Source: Methanomassiliicoccaceae archaeon (lineage in GTDB: Archaea > Thermoplasmatota > Thermoplasmata > Methanomassiliicoccales > Methanomethylophilaceae). From it: a stretch of DNA of 64,000 nucleotides. The position numbers and the translations under genes are program-made. Of the stretch, positions 1 through 8,141 are shown in pieces (within the stretch, counting starts at the first letter, position 1; each line of letters begins with the position of its first letter). The notes under the pieces were generated by a model that was given only the letters and a program-made list of their open reading frames with translations, ran no database searches and was not told the DNA's origin. The stretch is taken from positions 12,101 to 76,100 of the forward strand of contig PWHV01000011.1 of the NCBI GenBank assembly GCA_003555025.1, written 5' to 3'.

Positions 1-2
1 CC

Positions 3-176
3 CATTCTTTGAGCGACGGTCTGATAGACGAGGCCGACGTTGTCATATCCTCGGACCCCGACACAATCCTGGACCTCTTGGAGAAGAGGATCAGGCCGAT
101 GAAGGCCTTCGCCCAGCGGCGTTTCCGCGTCGCCGGGGAGATTGAGGACCTGCTGCGCCTGCGCAAGCTTTTCTGA
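3..176 (+). CDS. SCP2 sterol-carrier-like domain protein, C-terminal fragment (5' end outside window)
   Basis: Open frame from the window edge to TGA at 174-176. Translation ...DTILDLLEKRIRPMKAFAQRRFRVAGEIEDLLRLRKLF resembles the C-terminal helix region of SCP2 domains. Too short for the ORF track. Confidence 0.5.
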   Translation, partial: HSLSDGLIDEADVVISSDPDTILDLLEKRIRPMKAFAQRRFRVAGEIEDLLRLRKLF

Positions 177-199
177 AGCGTCCGCGGCGCATGCAAACC

Positions 200-207
200 T
201 TTTTAGA
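200..207 (+). promoter_or_regulatory. TATA-like box upstream of tRNA-iMet
   Basis: T/A stretch ctttttaga about 27-34 nt upstream of tRNA position 1, which is typical archaeal TATA spacing. Confidence 0.35.
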
Positions 208-233
208 TGAGTTAGAGATTAGGTCGCAGATAG

Positions 234-311
234 AGCGGGGTGGGGTAGCCAGGATATCCCGTCGGGCTCATAACCCGGAGATCGGTCGTTCAAATCGACC
301 CCCCGCTACCA
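234..311 (+). tRNA. initiator tRNA-Met (anticodon CAT) with genomically encoded CCA
   Basis: Hand-folded cloverleaf. Acceptor AGCGGGG (234-240) pairs with CCCCGCT (301-307), with an A1:U72 pair. Anticodon stem carries GGG/CCC and the loop CTCATAA has CAT at 269-271. T arm is GGTCG-TTCAAAT-CGACC. Discriminator is A308 and CCA lies at 309-311. Confidence 0.9.
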
Positions 312-394
312 AACCCTTCCCCCCCTCCTTCTTCTCAATCAATATCATAGGAAGAATATTTCTATCTGCTTCGAGTTTACCCACAAGGGGAGAG

Positions 395-1585
395 ATGCAA
401 GCTATAATTTTGGCGGCGGGGCATGGTACCCGGCTGTGGCCGTTGTCAGAGGCCAGGCCTAAAGTTATGATGCCCATCGGGAACAAGCCCATCCTGGAGC
501 ACATAGTCCAATCGCTGGTGAGCAACGGGGTCACCGAGATGGCGATGGTCGTTGGGCACCGGCGCGGCATGATACAGTCCCATTTCGGCGACGGCTCCGA
601 ATTCGGCGCCCTCATCAGCTATTACGAGCAGTCCAAGCCGCTGGGCACCGCGCATGCGCTTCTCTGCGCCAAGGATTTCCCCCGCGGGGACTTCCTGGTG
701 CTGCCAGGGGACAACGTGATCAGCCCCGAGGGGATCAAGGAACTCCTCGCGGCCGAGGAGACGAACTGCGCCCTTCTGGCCCGCAGCCCCATGCCCTCCA
801 AGTACGGGGTGGTGGAGATGAGCGACCTCATTGTCTCCAGCATGGATGAGAAGCCGAGCCGGGCCGATACAAGCATAATCAGCACGGGCGTGTACCGTCT
901 CGGCAGGGAAGTGCTGAAGAGCATGGAGGGGCCGGTCTCCGATGGGAGCACCGGGCTGACGGACGTCCTCTCGTCATTGCTGCCCGAGCTTTCGATGAGG
1001 GGGATAATAACCAGGGGCACGTGGTGCGACGCCGTGTATCCTTGGGACGTGATAGACATGAGCTCCCGTTTCGTATCCTTGGACGGGCAGAGCGTAGCTG
1101 GAAGGGTCGAGTCCGGGGTGGTCATGAAAGGGGCGGTGGAGATTGGCGAGGGGACCCGCATCAGGGCGGGATGCTACATCGAGGGCCCGGTCATAATCGG
1201 CAAGGGCTGCGACATCGGACCTCACGTGGCCCTTTCCCCGGTAAGCATAATCGGCGACAACGTTTCAATTTCATCATTCAGCCATATATCGGGGTCGGTG
1301 TTGTTGTCCGGCTCCAGCATAGACAGCCACTGCCATATCAGCCGCTCGCTCATCGACTCCAACGTGCAGGTGGGCCCCCACTTCTGCAGCGCCAGCCGGA
1401 ACGCCTACGGGAGGGTCAAGGAGGACCTGATACCGCTCAACGACATCGGCTGCGTCATCGGGTCCAACACCGAGGTCGGAGGGGGGGTCAGCGTATCGCC
1501 GGGGGCGGTGGTGGGGACCCACTGCCGCTTGCGCGACGGCACCACGGTGAGAGAGAACATAACCGACCGTTCGGAGGTGTACTGA
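395..1585 (+). CDS. glmU: bifunctional sugar-1-phosphate nucleotidylyltransferase / acetyltransferase (archaeal GlmU-type)
   Basis: N-terminus MQAIILAAGHGTRLWPLSEARPKVMMPIGNKPIL is a nucleotidyltransferase G-loop. The C-terminal half is a left-handed beta-helix hexapeptide repeat. The stop overlaps the glmS start. The upstream 68 codons of the track ORF cover the tRNA and were rejected. Confidence 0.8.
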   Translation: MQAIILAAGHGTRLWPLSEARPKVMMPIGNKPILEHIVQSLVSNGVTEMAMVVGHRRGMIQSHFGDGSEFGALISYYEQSKPLGTAHALLCAKDFPRGDFLVLPGDNVISPEGIKELLAAEETNCALLARSPMPSKYGVVEMSDLIVSSMDEKPSRADTSIISTGVYRLGREVLKSMEGPVSDGSTGLTDVLSSLLPELSMRGIITRGTWCDAVYPWDVIDMSSRFVSLDGQSVAGRVESGVVMKGAVEIGEGTRIRAGCYIEGPVIIGKGCDIGPHVALSPVSIIGDNVSISSFSHISGSVLLSGSSIDSHCHISRSLIDSNVQVGPHFCSASRNAYGRVKEDLIPLNDIGCVIGSNTEVGGGVSVSPGAVVGTHCRLRDGTTVRENITDRSEVY

Positions 1586-3378
1586 TGTGCGGGCTTATAG
1601 GATACTCAGGACCGAGGGACGTCTCTGAAGTGCTGTTGGATTCACTGAAGAAACTCGAGTACCGGGGCTATGACTCCGCCGGCATGGCGACGGTCAACGG
1701 CCATCTCGAGGTCCATAAGGAGAAGGGCGAGATATCGGTGATGGAGAAGAGCATGCCCTGGATGGAGGGCAACACCGGCATCGGGCACACCCGCTGGGCC
1801 ACCTGCGGGGCGCCGTCATGGAAGAACGCCCACCCCTTCCTCAGCCAGGACCGCAGGATCGCCCTGGTGCACAACGGCATCATAGAGAACCATAACCAGA
1901 TACGTAAAGGACTGCTCGAGAACGGGACGGTTTTCGACTCCCAGACCGACACCGAGGTGCTGGTGCACCTCATATCGCAGTATCACAACGGCGACCTCCA
2001 TGCCGCCGTCCGCCGGGCGCTCGAGGATGTGAGGGGGACCTACTCCATCGCGGTGGTGGAGGAGTTCTCCGACGAGGTGGTGGTGGCCAGGAAGGAGAGC
2101 CCGCTGGTGCTGGGCCTGGGCTTGAACGAGAACTTCGCCGCCTCGGACGTCACCGCGCTGCTGGAATACACATCTGACGTGGTGTACATGGAGGACGGCG
2201 AGAGCGCCGTCATATCGCCGCGCGGCATATCATTGCACGGCGCCGACGGCTCCGTCATCGACCGTCCGTCCTCCAAGGTTGAGTGGAGCATGGAGGAGGC
2301 TCGCAAGGGCGGCTTCGAGCATTACATGCTGAAGGAGATCTTCGAGCAGCCGCGCAGCATCAGCGAGACCATAATCAGCTATATAGATGAGCTCGAGACG
2401 CTGGAGATACTCCCCTCAAGAAGGAAGGTGGACTCGGTCAAGATATTGGCCTGCGGAACGTCCTACAACGCCGGCCTGGTGGGGAAGTACGTGATCGAGG
2501 AGCTGTCCGGGATACCGGTCCAGGTGGAGATCGCCTCCGAGTACCGGTACACCACTAAGACCAACCGCTGCTCCTTGGTGGTGCTGATAACCCAGAGCGG
2601 CGAGACCGCCGACACGCTGGCCGCCTGCCGCGAGGCCAAAGAGAGGGGCTCCTACACCCTGGCGATAACCAATGTGGTGGGCTCGAGCATAACCCGCGAG
2701 GCCGATGCGGTACTGTTCACCAAGGCCGGCCCGGAGATCAGCGTGGCCGCCACCAAGACCTACACCGCCCAGCTCATAGCCGTATACCTGCTGGGGGCGA
2801 GGCTGGCTTACACGAGCAGGGCCATGGGTGAAGAGGAGATGCGCATAATCAAGGCCTCGCTGCGGGCCCTGCCCAACAAGGTGTCGGAGGTCCTGGACCG
2901 CGCGCAGAGCCTCCAGGCGGCCGCGGGGATATTCCGAGACGCGACCTCGGCCTTCTTCATCGGGCGCAACCGCAACTTCCCTTCGATGCTGGAGGGGGCC
3001 CTCAAGCTCAAGGAGATATCCTACGTCCACGCGGAGGGCTACGCCGCCGGCGAACTGAAGCACGGGCCGTTGGCCCTCCTCGATGAGAGCACCCCTCTGG
3101 TGGCGGCATGCTTGGATGACCACACCTACGACAAGATGGTGTCCAACGTGTCCGAGGTCGCCGCCCGGGGGAGCCCCATACTGATCATCGCCACCGACGA
3201 CAACGAGGAATGCGAGACCCTGGCGGACCACATAGTGAGGGTCCCCCCCATAGAACCGCTCTTCAGCCCGGTGACTCTGGCGGTGGCGCTGCAGCTGCTC
3301 TCTTATTATGTGGCCAAGGAGCGTGGCATGCCCATAGACAAGCCCCGCAACCTGGCGAAGAGCGTGACCGTGGAGTGA
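1585..3378 (+). CDS. glmS: glutamine--fructose-6-phosphate aminotransferase (isomerizing)
   Basis: Starts MCGLIGY (catalytic Cys2), followed by a class II amidotransferase domain and two SIS domains, and ends ...NLAKSVTVE. ATG overlaps the upstream TGA (ATGA-type coupling). Confidence 0.95.
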   Translation: MCGLIGYSGPRDVSEVLLDSLKKLEYRGYDSAGMATVNGHLEVHKEKGEISVMEKSMPWMEGNTGIGHTRWATCGAPSWKNAHPFLSQDRRIALVHNGIIENHNQIRKGLLENGTVFDSQTDTEVLVHLISQYHNGDLHAAVRRALEDVRGTYSIAVVEEFSDEVVVARKESPLVLGLGLNENFAASDVTALLEYTSDVVYMEDGESAVISPRGISLHGADGSVIDRPSSKVEWSMEEARKGGFEHYMLKEIFEQPRSISETIISYIDELETLEILPSRRKVDSVKILACGTSYNAGLVGKYVIEELSGIPVQVEIASEYRYTTKTNRCSLVVLITQSGETADTLAACREAKERGSYTLAITNVVGSSITREADAVLFTKAGPEISVAATKTYTAQLIAVYLLGARLAYTSRAMGEEEMRIIKASLRALPNKVSEVLDRAQSLQAAAGIFRDATSAFFIGRNRNFPSMLEGALKLKEISYVHAEGYAAGELKHGPLALLDESTPLVAACLDDHTYDKMVSNVSEVAARGSPILIIATDDNEECETLADHIVRVPPIEPLFSPVTLAVALQLLSYYVAKERGMPIDKPRNLAKSVTVE

Positions 3379-4368
3379 TCAGGCCAAGGACTCGGGGCAG
3401 ACGGCCCGCCGCGAGCAGCCGCGGCATTTGCCTGGCCGGTTGTGGTTGCGGTGGGCCTCGCCGCTCTCGCGCAGACGGCGCATCTCCTTCAATTTGAGGA
3501 CCACCAACTCCTCCAGGGACTCGTCGAACTCGATCTCGAACTCCTTCCATCCGTAGCGCAGGACCCCCTTCTCCAGCCTTTGGCCCTCCAGCTCCCCGAC
3601 GATGACGCAATAGGCGCCCAGCTGCAGTATGTGCGAGAACAGAGGCCCCCGTGGCACCCGGCCGGTCTTGATCTCCACTGGCACCAGGTCGTTGTCGCGG
3701 CGCAGCAGGATGTCCGGCCGTCCCGTCAGGCCGTGCCTCTCGGAGACAAGAAGCTCTGACGGGCCCTCGCCGACGTAGACCACTTCCCCTTCCAGGGAGC
3801 TTCTCGTCCGCAGGCCGAGCAGGTCGCCGGTCAGCAGATGGTGCAGCGCGAGTATGACCACGGTTATGATGAACCAGAAGATGGCCAGCAGCAGGTACAA
3901 CGTCCCGTCCACCGCGCCCATCTGTATGAAAGCAATGGTGTTCAGCGCCACCATCATCATCAGTATGCTGATGGCGACAATCGCCATCTCTTGGAAGGTG
4001 TAGCGGTACCAGCGGCCATGCAGGTAGGCGCGGTGCAGAAGGAGAAGGCCGATGGCCAGCCAAACCAACGATATCGCGAAAAGCCACCCGGCCTGCACCC
4101 CCTCCTCAGTGTCCAGGATGCCGATGGTGAAGAGGGCGAGGAGGTTGCCGACCATGGCCACCGAGACGATGTAGGAGAAACGGAGCTCCCATCCTCCCTG
4201 CTCTTTCGTTTTTACGCTCAGGAGGGAGCCCGATATCCGCCGATGCTCATCCGACCCGGCAACGAGCTCATCGTTCTGTGTATCCCCGTCGATGGCCATC
4301 CACCAAGAGAGAGGGCAGTACCCGTACCTCTCCAACTCGCTGGCCGATATCATGTCATTCTTCGACAT
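3379..4368 (-). CDS. Cas4/DUF83-like PD-(D/E)xK Fe-S nuclease with four inserted transmembrane helices
   Basis: ELERYGYCPLSWW (N-terminal Cys), GRPD, VEIK, QLGAY and C-terminal CRGCSRRAVC match Cas4 landmarks. Four hydrophobic segments of about 22 aa lie between the N-terminal Cys helix and the nuclease core. Confidence 0.75.
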   Translation of the reverse strand: MSKNDMISASELERYGYCPLSWWMAIDGDTQNDELVAGSDEHRRISGSLLSVKTKEQGGWELRFSYIVSVAMVGNLLALFTIGILDTEEGVQAGWLFAISLVWLAIGLLLLHRAYLHGRWYRYTFQEMAIVAISILMMMVALNTIAFIQMGAVDGTLYLLLAIFWFIITVVILALHHLLTGDLLGLRTRSSLEGEVVYVGEGPSELLVSERHGLTGRPDILLRRDNDLVPVEIKTGRVPRGPLFSHILQLGAYCVIVGELEGQRLEKGVLRYGWKEFEIEFDESLEELVVLKLKEMRRLRESGEAHRNHNRPGKCRGCSRRAVCPESLA

Positions 4369-5107
4369 TCATATCTAGCAACGACATATCTGTTATAAAG
4401 ACGTCCTCCGGGGGCTCGAGGTCGTCCAAATATCCGAACCAATAGACAACCAGCCCCGGGCCGAAAAGCTCGGTGTAGGGGACCAGCTGCTTGCGGGCAT
4501 TGAAGCGGAACTCCGGGGTGTCGCCGAAGGTGGCCTTGCTCTCGATCCACATGACCTCCATCCCGTTGACCACGACCGGCTCCTCGAAAAGGGAGTCGGG
4601 CGTTTTGGCGTATATCCCGCGCAGGTCCTCCTCGGTGCGGTACTCGACGCCCTGCTCGTCCAGCCATTTCTCGAGGAGCACCTCGCCCCATTCCCCTCGC
4701 TTGCGCTGCTCCTCATTGGCCCAGGGCGAGTAGACGTAGTCGTTGCGGTTTATCTCCTCTATCTCCCGTTTTATGCGCTTGTCCTTGATGTCCTCCTCGC
4801 CGCGGATATGGGACCAGAACTTCTTTCTGTTCCAGCCCATCTCCTCGAAGACGAACATCGCCGTCAGTATGGGGGGGAAGCGCTGGCGCTGCGATATCTC
4901 CATCAGGGTGTGCCCTTGGCGCCAGTCCTTGAGCATCCTGCCGGTGTTGTTCTTGACCTTGTAGAAGCTCTTCTTCACATCCCTGGTCACCTTCTGGGTG
5001 TGGAGGACCATTAAAAGCTCGCGGTCATAGCCCTTTTTGGCCATGCGCTCGACCTCCTCCGGCTTGGAGAGCTTATGGTATATGTCCTTGTAATCTTGGT
5101 ATCTCAT
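4355..5107 (-). CDS. TPD-motif (C15orf41/CDIN1-like) PD-(D/E)xK nuclease family protein
   Basis: AKTPDSLFEEPVVVNGMEVMWIESKATFGD carries the TPD...ExK signature, preceded by a helical HTH-like N-terminal half. Start chosen at MRYQDYK (ATG 5107); the upstream track codons are R/P/S-rich. The stop overlaps the downstream gene by 14 nt. Confidence 0.65.
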   Translation of the reverse strand: MRYQDYKDIYHKLSKPEEVERMAKKGYDRELLMVLHTQKVTRDVKKSFYKVKNNTGRMLKDWRQGHTLMEISQRQRFPPILTAMFVFEEMGWNRKKFWSHIRGEEDIKDKRIKREIEEINRNDYVYSPWANEEQRKRGEWGEVLLEKWLDEQGVEYRTEEDLRGIYAKTPDSLFEEPVVVNGMEVMWIESKATFGDTPEFRFNARKQLVPYTELFGPGLVVYWFGYLDDLEPPEDVFITDMSLLDMNVEE

Positions 5108-5162
5108 CTTCAAACACTCTTTCGTGATAGTCACTAGTGATTTTCGACAATCAGTGCAAGGC

Positions 5163-6506
5163 TCATAATCCGGAGACCAGCTGCTCCACCGCTGCGAAGG
5201 CCACGTCCCTGACCATGGAGGTGGGCGGGCAGTAGGCGTTCTCGTAGCGGGAGAGGAAGTCCTTGGCCCCCACGCCCTCAAGTATGGCGGCGCTGAGCCA
5301 ATTTATCCTTCCGGTGGCATCTTCCCCGGATATTATCTGGGCACCGACCAGCCTGCCGGTGGACCTCTCCGCCAGCACTTTGACGGTCATCGGTTTCCCG
5401 CCCGGGTAGTAACGCGCCCGGGTGAGGCCGCTGGCCACGCCGCTGACAACCTCTATACCGTACCATCCCGCCAGCCCGCTGGATATGCCGGTGCCGGCGA
5501 CCTGCAGATCACCGATGACGCTCACCCAAGGGCTGGTGACGCCTTCATGGAGCGCGTTCCCTCCGGCGGCGTTGATGCCGGCCACACGTCCCTGCCTCAC
5601 CGCGCTCGATCCGAGCTGGCTCATGGTGGGGCCCGGCAGGACCGCCGACTCGCACTGGACCACATCGCCGCAGACGAAGACATTGGGCACCAAGCGGCCC
5701 TTGCGATAGGGCTGCATGGTCGGCGCGACCCTGACCGCGCCGAGGGCCCCGACGTCCAACCCCATCTGCGCTGGGAGCTCCAGGTTCGCCCGGACGCCAG
5801 TGCTGAAAACTGCCATCCCGCAGGGGATCCTCTCGCCGGAGACGGTCACCGACTCCACGCCCTCCTCGCCGTCGACGCTCTGTATGGGCGCCCCCATAAT
5901 GAAACGGACGCCCCGCTCCTCGAGATAGGCGCGCAGACGGTCGGCGAGGTCGGGGTCGAGAATGCGGGGCACCACCTGGTCCATCATCTCGATGACGACG
6001 ACCCCTTTCCCCGATTCCTTCATAGCCAGCGCCATCTCCAGACCGATGACGCCCGCCCCTATTATGGCGACATCGTCAACGGCCGCCATCCCCCTCTCGA
6101 TGGCCTTGCCGTCGTTTATTGTCCGCACCACGTGCACTCCAGGGAGATCGGTGCCCGGTATGGGAGGGATGAACACCTGGCCACCGGTGGCGAGTATCAG
6201 CCGGTCGAAGGACGACTCCTCGCCGCCCGCCCTAAGGACGCAGGACTCGAGGTCTACGGAGGATACCTTGGTGAGGGTCCTGACCTCGATACCCCGCTCC
6301 CGGCGGTAGTACTCCGGGTCATGCATCACGATGCTGTCCCAGTCGGTCCTGCCCTCCAGGACCCAAGGTATGACGCAGGGCGAGTAGGCGATATGCTCGT
6401 CCTCGGTGAAAAGAACTATCTCGGCGCCCGGGTCCTCCTTCCTGGCCGTCGAGGCGGCGGTCATCCCCGCCGCCCCTGAGCCTATGACCGCTATCTTCGC
6501 TGACAT
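5163..6506 (-). CDS. FAD-dependent pyridine nucleotide-disulfide oxidoreductase (NADH oxidase / CoA-disulfide reductase type)
   Basis: MSAKIAVIGSGAAGMTAA forms a dinucleotide fold. AYSPCVIPW is the single redox Cys motif of the Nox/CoADR family. A second GxGxxG (IIGAGVIGLE) is present. The AT-rich TATA-like stretch at 6521-6552 favours ATG 6506 over 6554. Confidence 0.85.
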   Translation of the reverse strand: MSAKIAVIGSGAAGMTAASTARKEDPGAEIVLFTEDEHIAYSPCVIPWVLEGRTDWDSIVMHDPEYYRRERGIEVRTLTKVSSVDLESCVLRAGGEESSFDRLILATGGQVFIPPIPGTDLPGVHVVRTINDGKAIERGMAAVDDVAIIGAGVIGLEMALAMKESGKGVVVIEMMDQVVPRILDPDLADRLRAYLEERGVRFIMGAPIQSVDGEEGVESVTVSGERIPCGMAVFSTGVRANLELPAQMGLDVGALGAVRVAPTMQPYRKGRLVPNVFVCGDVVQCESAVLPGPTMSQLGSSAVRQGRVAGINAAGGNALHEGVTSPWVSVIGDLQVAGTGISSGLAGWYGIEVVSGVASGLTRARYYPGGKPMTVKVLAERSTGRLVGAQIISGEDATGRINWLSAAILEGVGAKDFLSRYENAYCPPTSMVRDVAFAAVEQLVSGL

Positions 6507-6581
6507 GGATTCACCTTCGTCGATTATTGATAATAAAGATATTAAACTATCCATCTTATCGGACGGTCATGGAGGGCCGAT

Positions 6582-7580
6582 TTGGCGAGGAAGCGCGACC
6601 TTGACAGGCCAGAGGCTCTGTGGAAGGAGAAGGACATGGCCGACGGGCGGGAGGTGGACGCCATGGTGCTCATACTTCGCACCAGCGGCTGCGCCTGGTC
6701 CCGCAGCGGCGGCTGCACCATGTGCGGCTACAACAAGGCCAGCGACAGCGATGTCGCCGCTGAGAACCTGCTCGCCCAGCTGGAGGCGGCGTTGGAACGC
6801 TACGACGGCGAGCCGTTCGTGAAGATTTACACCTCAGGCAGCTTCCTCGACGAGAGGGAGGTCCCGGCGAAGGTGCGCGAAGAGGTCCTGCAGGGCTTCT
6901 CGGCCGCGAGGAGGCTGCTGGTGGAGAGCCGGCCCGGCTTCGTCGACGCCGACAGCCTCTCGTCCATGCCCAAGGGAAGCACGGTGGCGATAGGCCTGGA
7001 GAGCTCCGACGACGAGGTGCTGAGGCGCTCAGTGCGCAAAGGATTCTGCACCGAGGACTATCTGCGGGCGGCGGAGGCGATCAAGGAAGGCGGCCTGGGA
7101 CTGCGCAGCTACCTTCTGCTCAAGCCCCCATATCTAAGTGAGAGGGCGGCGCTGGAGGACGCCAAGAGCTCGGTGGCCTTCGCGTCCCGTCACGGCGACG
7201 AGGTCTCCCTCAACCCGGTCAACGTGCAGAGGGGGACTGTGGTGGACAGGCTGTGGCGCCGCGGCGACTACCGGCCTCCGTGGCTGTGGTCGTTGCTGGA
7301 GGTGCTACGGTCCGCTCCTGAAGGAGGGGCGAGGCTCATTTCATCGCCCAGCGGCGGCGGCACGCCCCGGGGCGTGCACAATTGCGGTTCCTGCGATGCA
7401 AAGATACTTGAATCGGTCCGGGACTTCTCCTTCAGCCAGGACCGGAGCCTTCTCGAGGGGCACGGCTGCGGCTGCCGCGACGGATGGCAGCGCTACCTGC
7501 GCGACGAGGCCTCGCTGCTGACCTCGGTGGACGTGGACAGGCATCTCGAGGACCGGGCGGCGATCAGTTGGAGGCGATGA
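6582..7580 (+). CDS. radical SAM protein, TIGR01210/RaSEA-like (archaeosine synthesis partner)
   Basis: LILRTSGCAWSRSGGCTMCGYN is the characteristic Cys cluster of this Elp3-related family. TTG start as given in the ORF track. Confidence 0.7.
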   Translation: MARKRDLDRPEALWKEKDMADGREVDAMVLILRTSGCAWSRSGGCTMCGYNKASDSDVAAENLLAQLEAALERYDGEPFVKIYTSGSFLDEREVPAKVREEVLQGFSAARRLLVESRPGFVDADSLSSMPKGSTVAIGLESSDDEVLRRSVRKGFCTEDYLRAAEAIKEGGLGLRSYLLLKPPYLSERAALEDAKSSVAFASRHGDEVSLNPVNVQRGTVVDRLWRRGDYRPPWLWSLLEVLRSAPEGGARLISSPSGGGTPRGVHNCGSCDAKILESVRDFSFSQDRSLLEGHGCGCRDGWQRYLRDEASLLTSVDVDRHLEDRAAISWRR

Positions 7581-7581
7581 G

Positions 7582-7905
7582 ATGGTTGAGTACGACATCA
7601 AGAAGGGATGGTATCCGAAGATAGAGGGAGACGGCCTCAAGGCCCTGATGAAGGAAACCTTCGGAGATGTGAAGGAGGAGGGAGACCTGCTAGTGAGCTC
7701 GTACGGCGCCATGAGCCGGGTGGAGGCCAAGGCCCTGAGCAGGACGATGCTGCATGTGGCCACCGAGGCCGATCCCCAGGCGGACGACGGCAGCATACTG
7801 GATAGCAAGAGGACCCTCAACCGTTTCGTGGAGGCCGCCACCGGCTTCGACGCCAAGGCACGGATGAAGCGCGCCCAGAAGAAGGCCAAGGAAGGGAAGC
7901 TCTGA
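7582..7905 (+). CDS. small conserved hypothetical protein, translationally adjacent to the RaSEA-like gene
   Basis: 107-aa ORF with a normal, non-GC-artefact composition and a basic C-terminal tail (KARMKRAQKKAKEGKL). ATG lies 1 nt after the upstream stop. I cannot verify any family assignment. Confidence 0.55.
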   Translation: MVEYDIKKGWYPKIEGDGLKALMKETFGDVKEEGDLLVSSYGAMSRVEAKALSRTMLHVATEADPQADDGSILDSKRTLNRFVEAATGFDAKARMKRAQKKAKEGKL

Positions 7906-7923
7906 GTCGCGGCCGACCGTACC

Positions 7924-7932
7924 TTATTTATA
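7924..7932 (+). promoter_or_regulatory. TATA box candidate for the large r-protein operon
   Basis: ttatttata lies in the lower-GC spacer about 210 nt upstream of the rpl3 ATG. Confidence 0.4.
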
Positions 7933-8141
7933 GTACCGCTCTATTGACAATCAAGCGCTGAACACGTTGAGGATATCCGACCAGACGCCCTGGGCAATGC
8001 TTGGCAACCCTCGTTCATACTCATGTCGGTTCTTATCGAGATGAATATGGCGTCACGGTCGGAAGCACCGGAAATGTGACAGTCTATCGATACGAAAGGC
8101 GAGATTAGCGAAGATACTCTCGTCTGGTATGAGGGAATATC

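Noticed and set aside
191-394. N-terminal 68 codons of the 464-aa track ORF (and analogous 5' extensions at 1021-1584, 5108-5281, 11795-11848, 17335-17637, 22226-22390, 35383-35583, 45143-45226, 54111-54317, 58282-58602, 62542-62865)
   Set aside because: The extensions run through a tRNA gene, upstream genes or promoters. Homology-like sequence starts at an internal ATG with an RBS or stop-start overlap.
3379-4368. The Cas4-like gene as evidence of a CRISPR-Cas locus
   Set aside because: No cas1, cas2, effector genes or repeat-spacer array occur anywhere in the 64 kb. It is treated as a solo Cas4-family nuclease.
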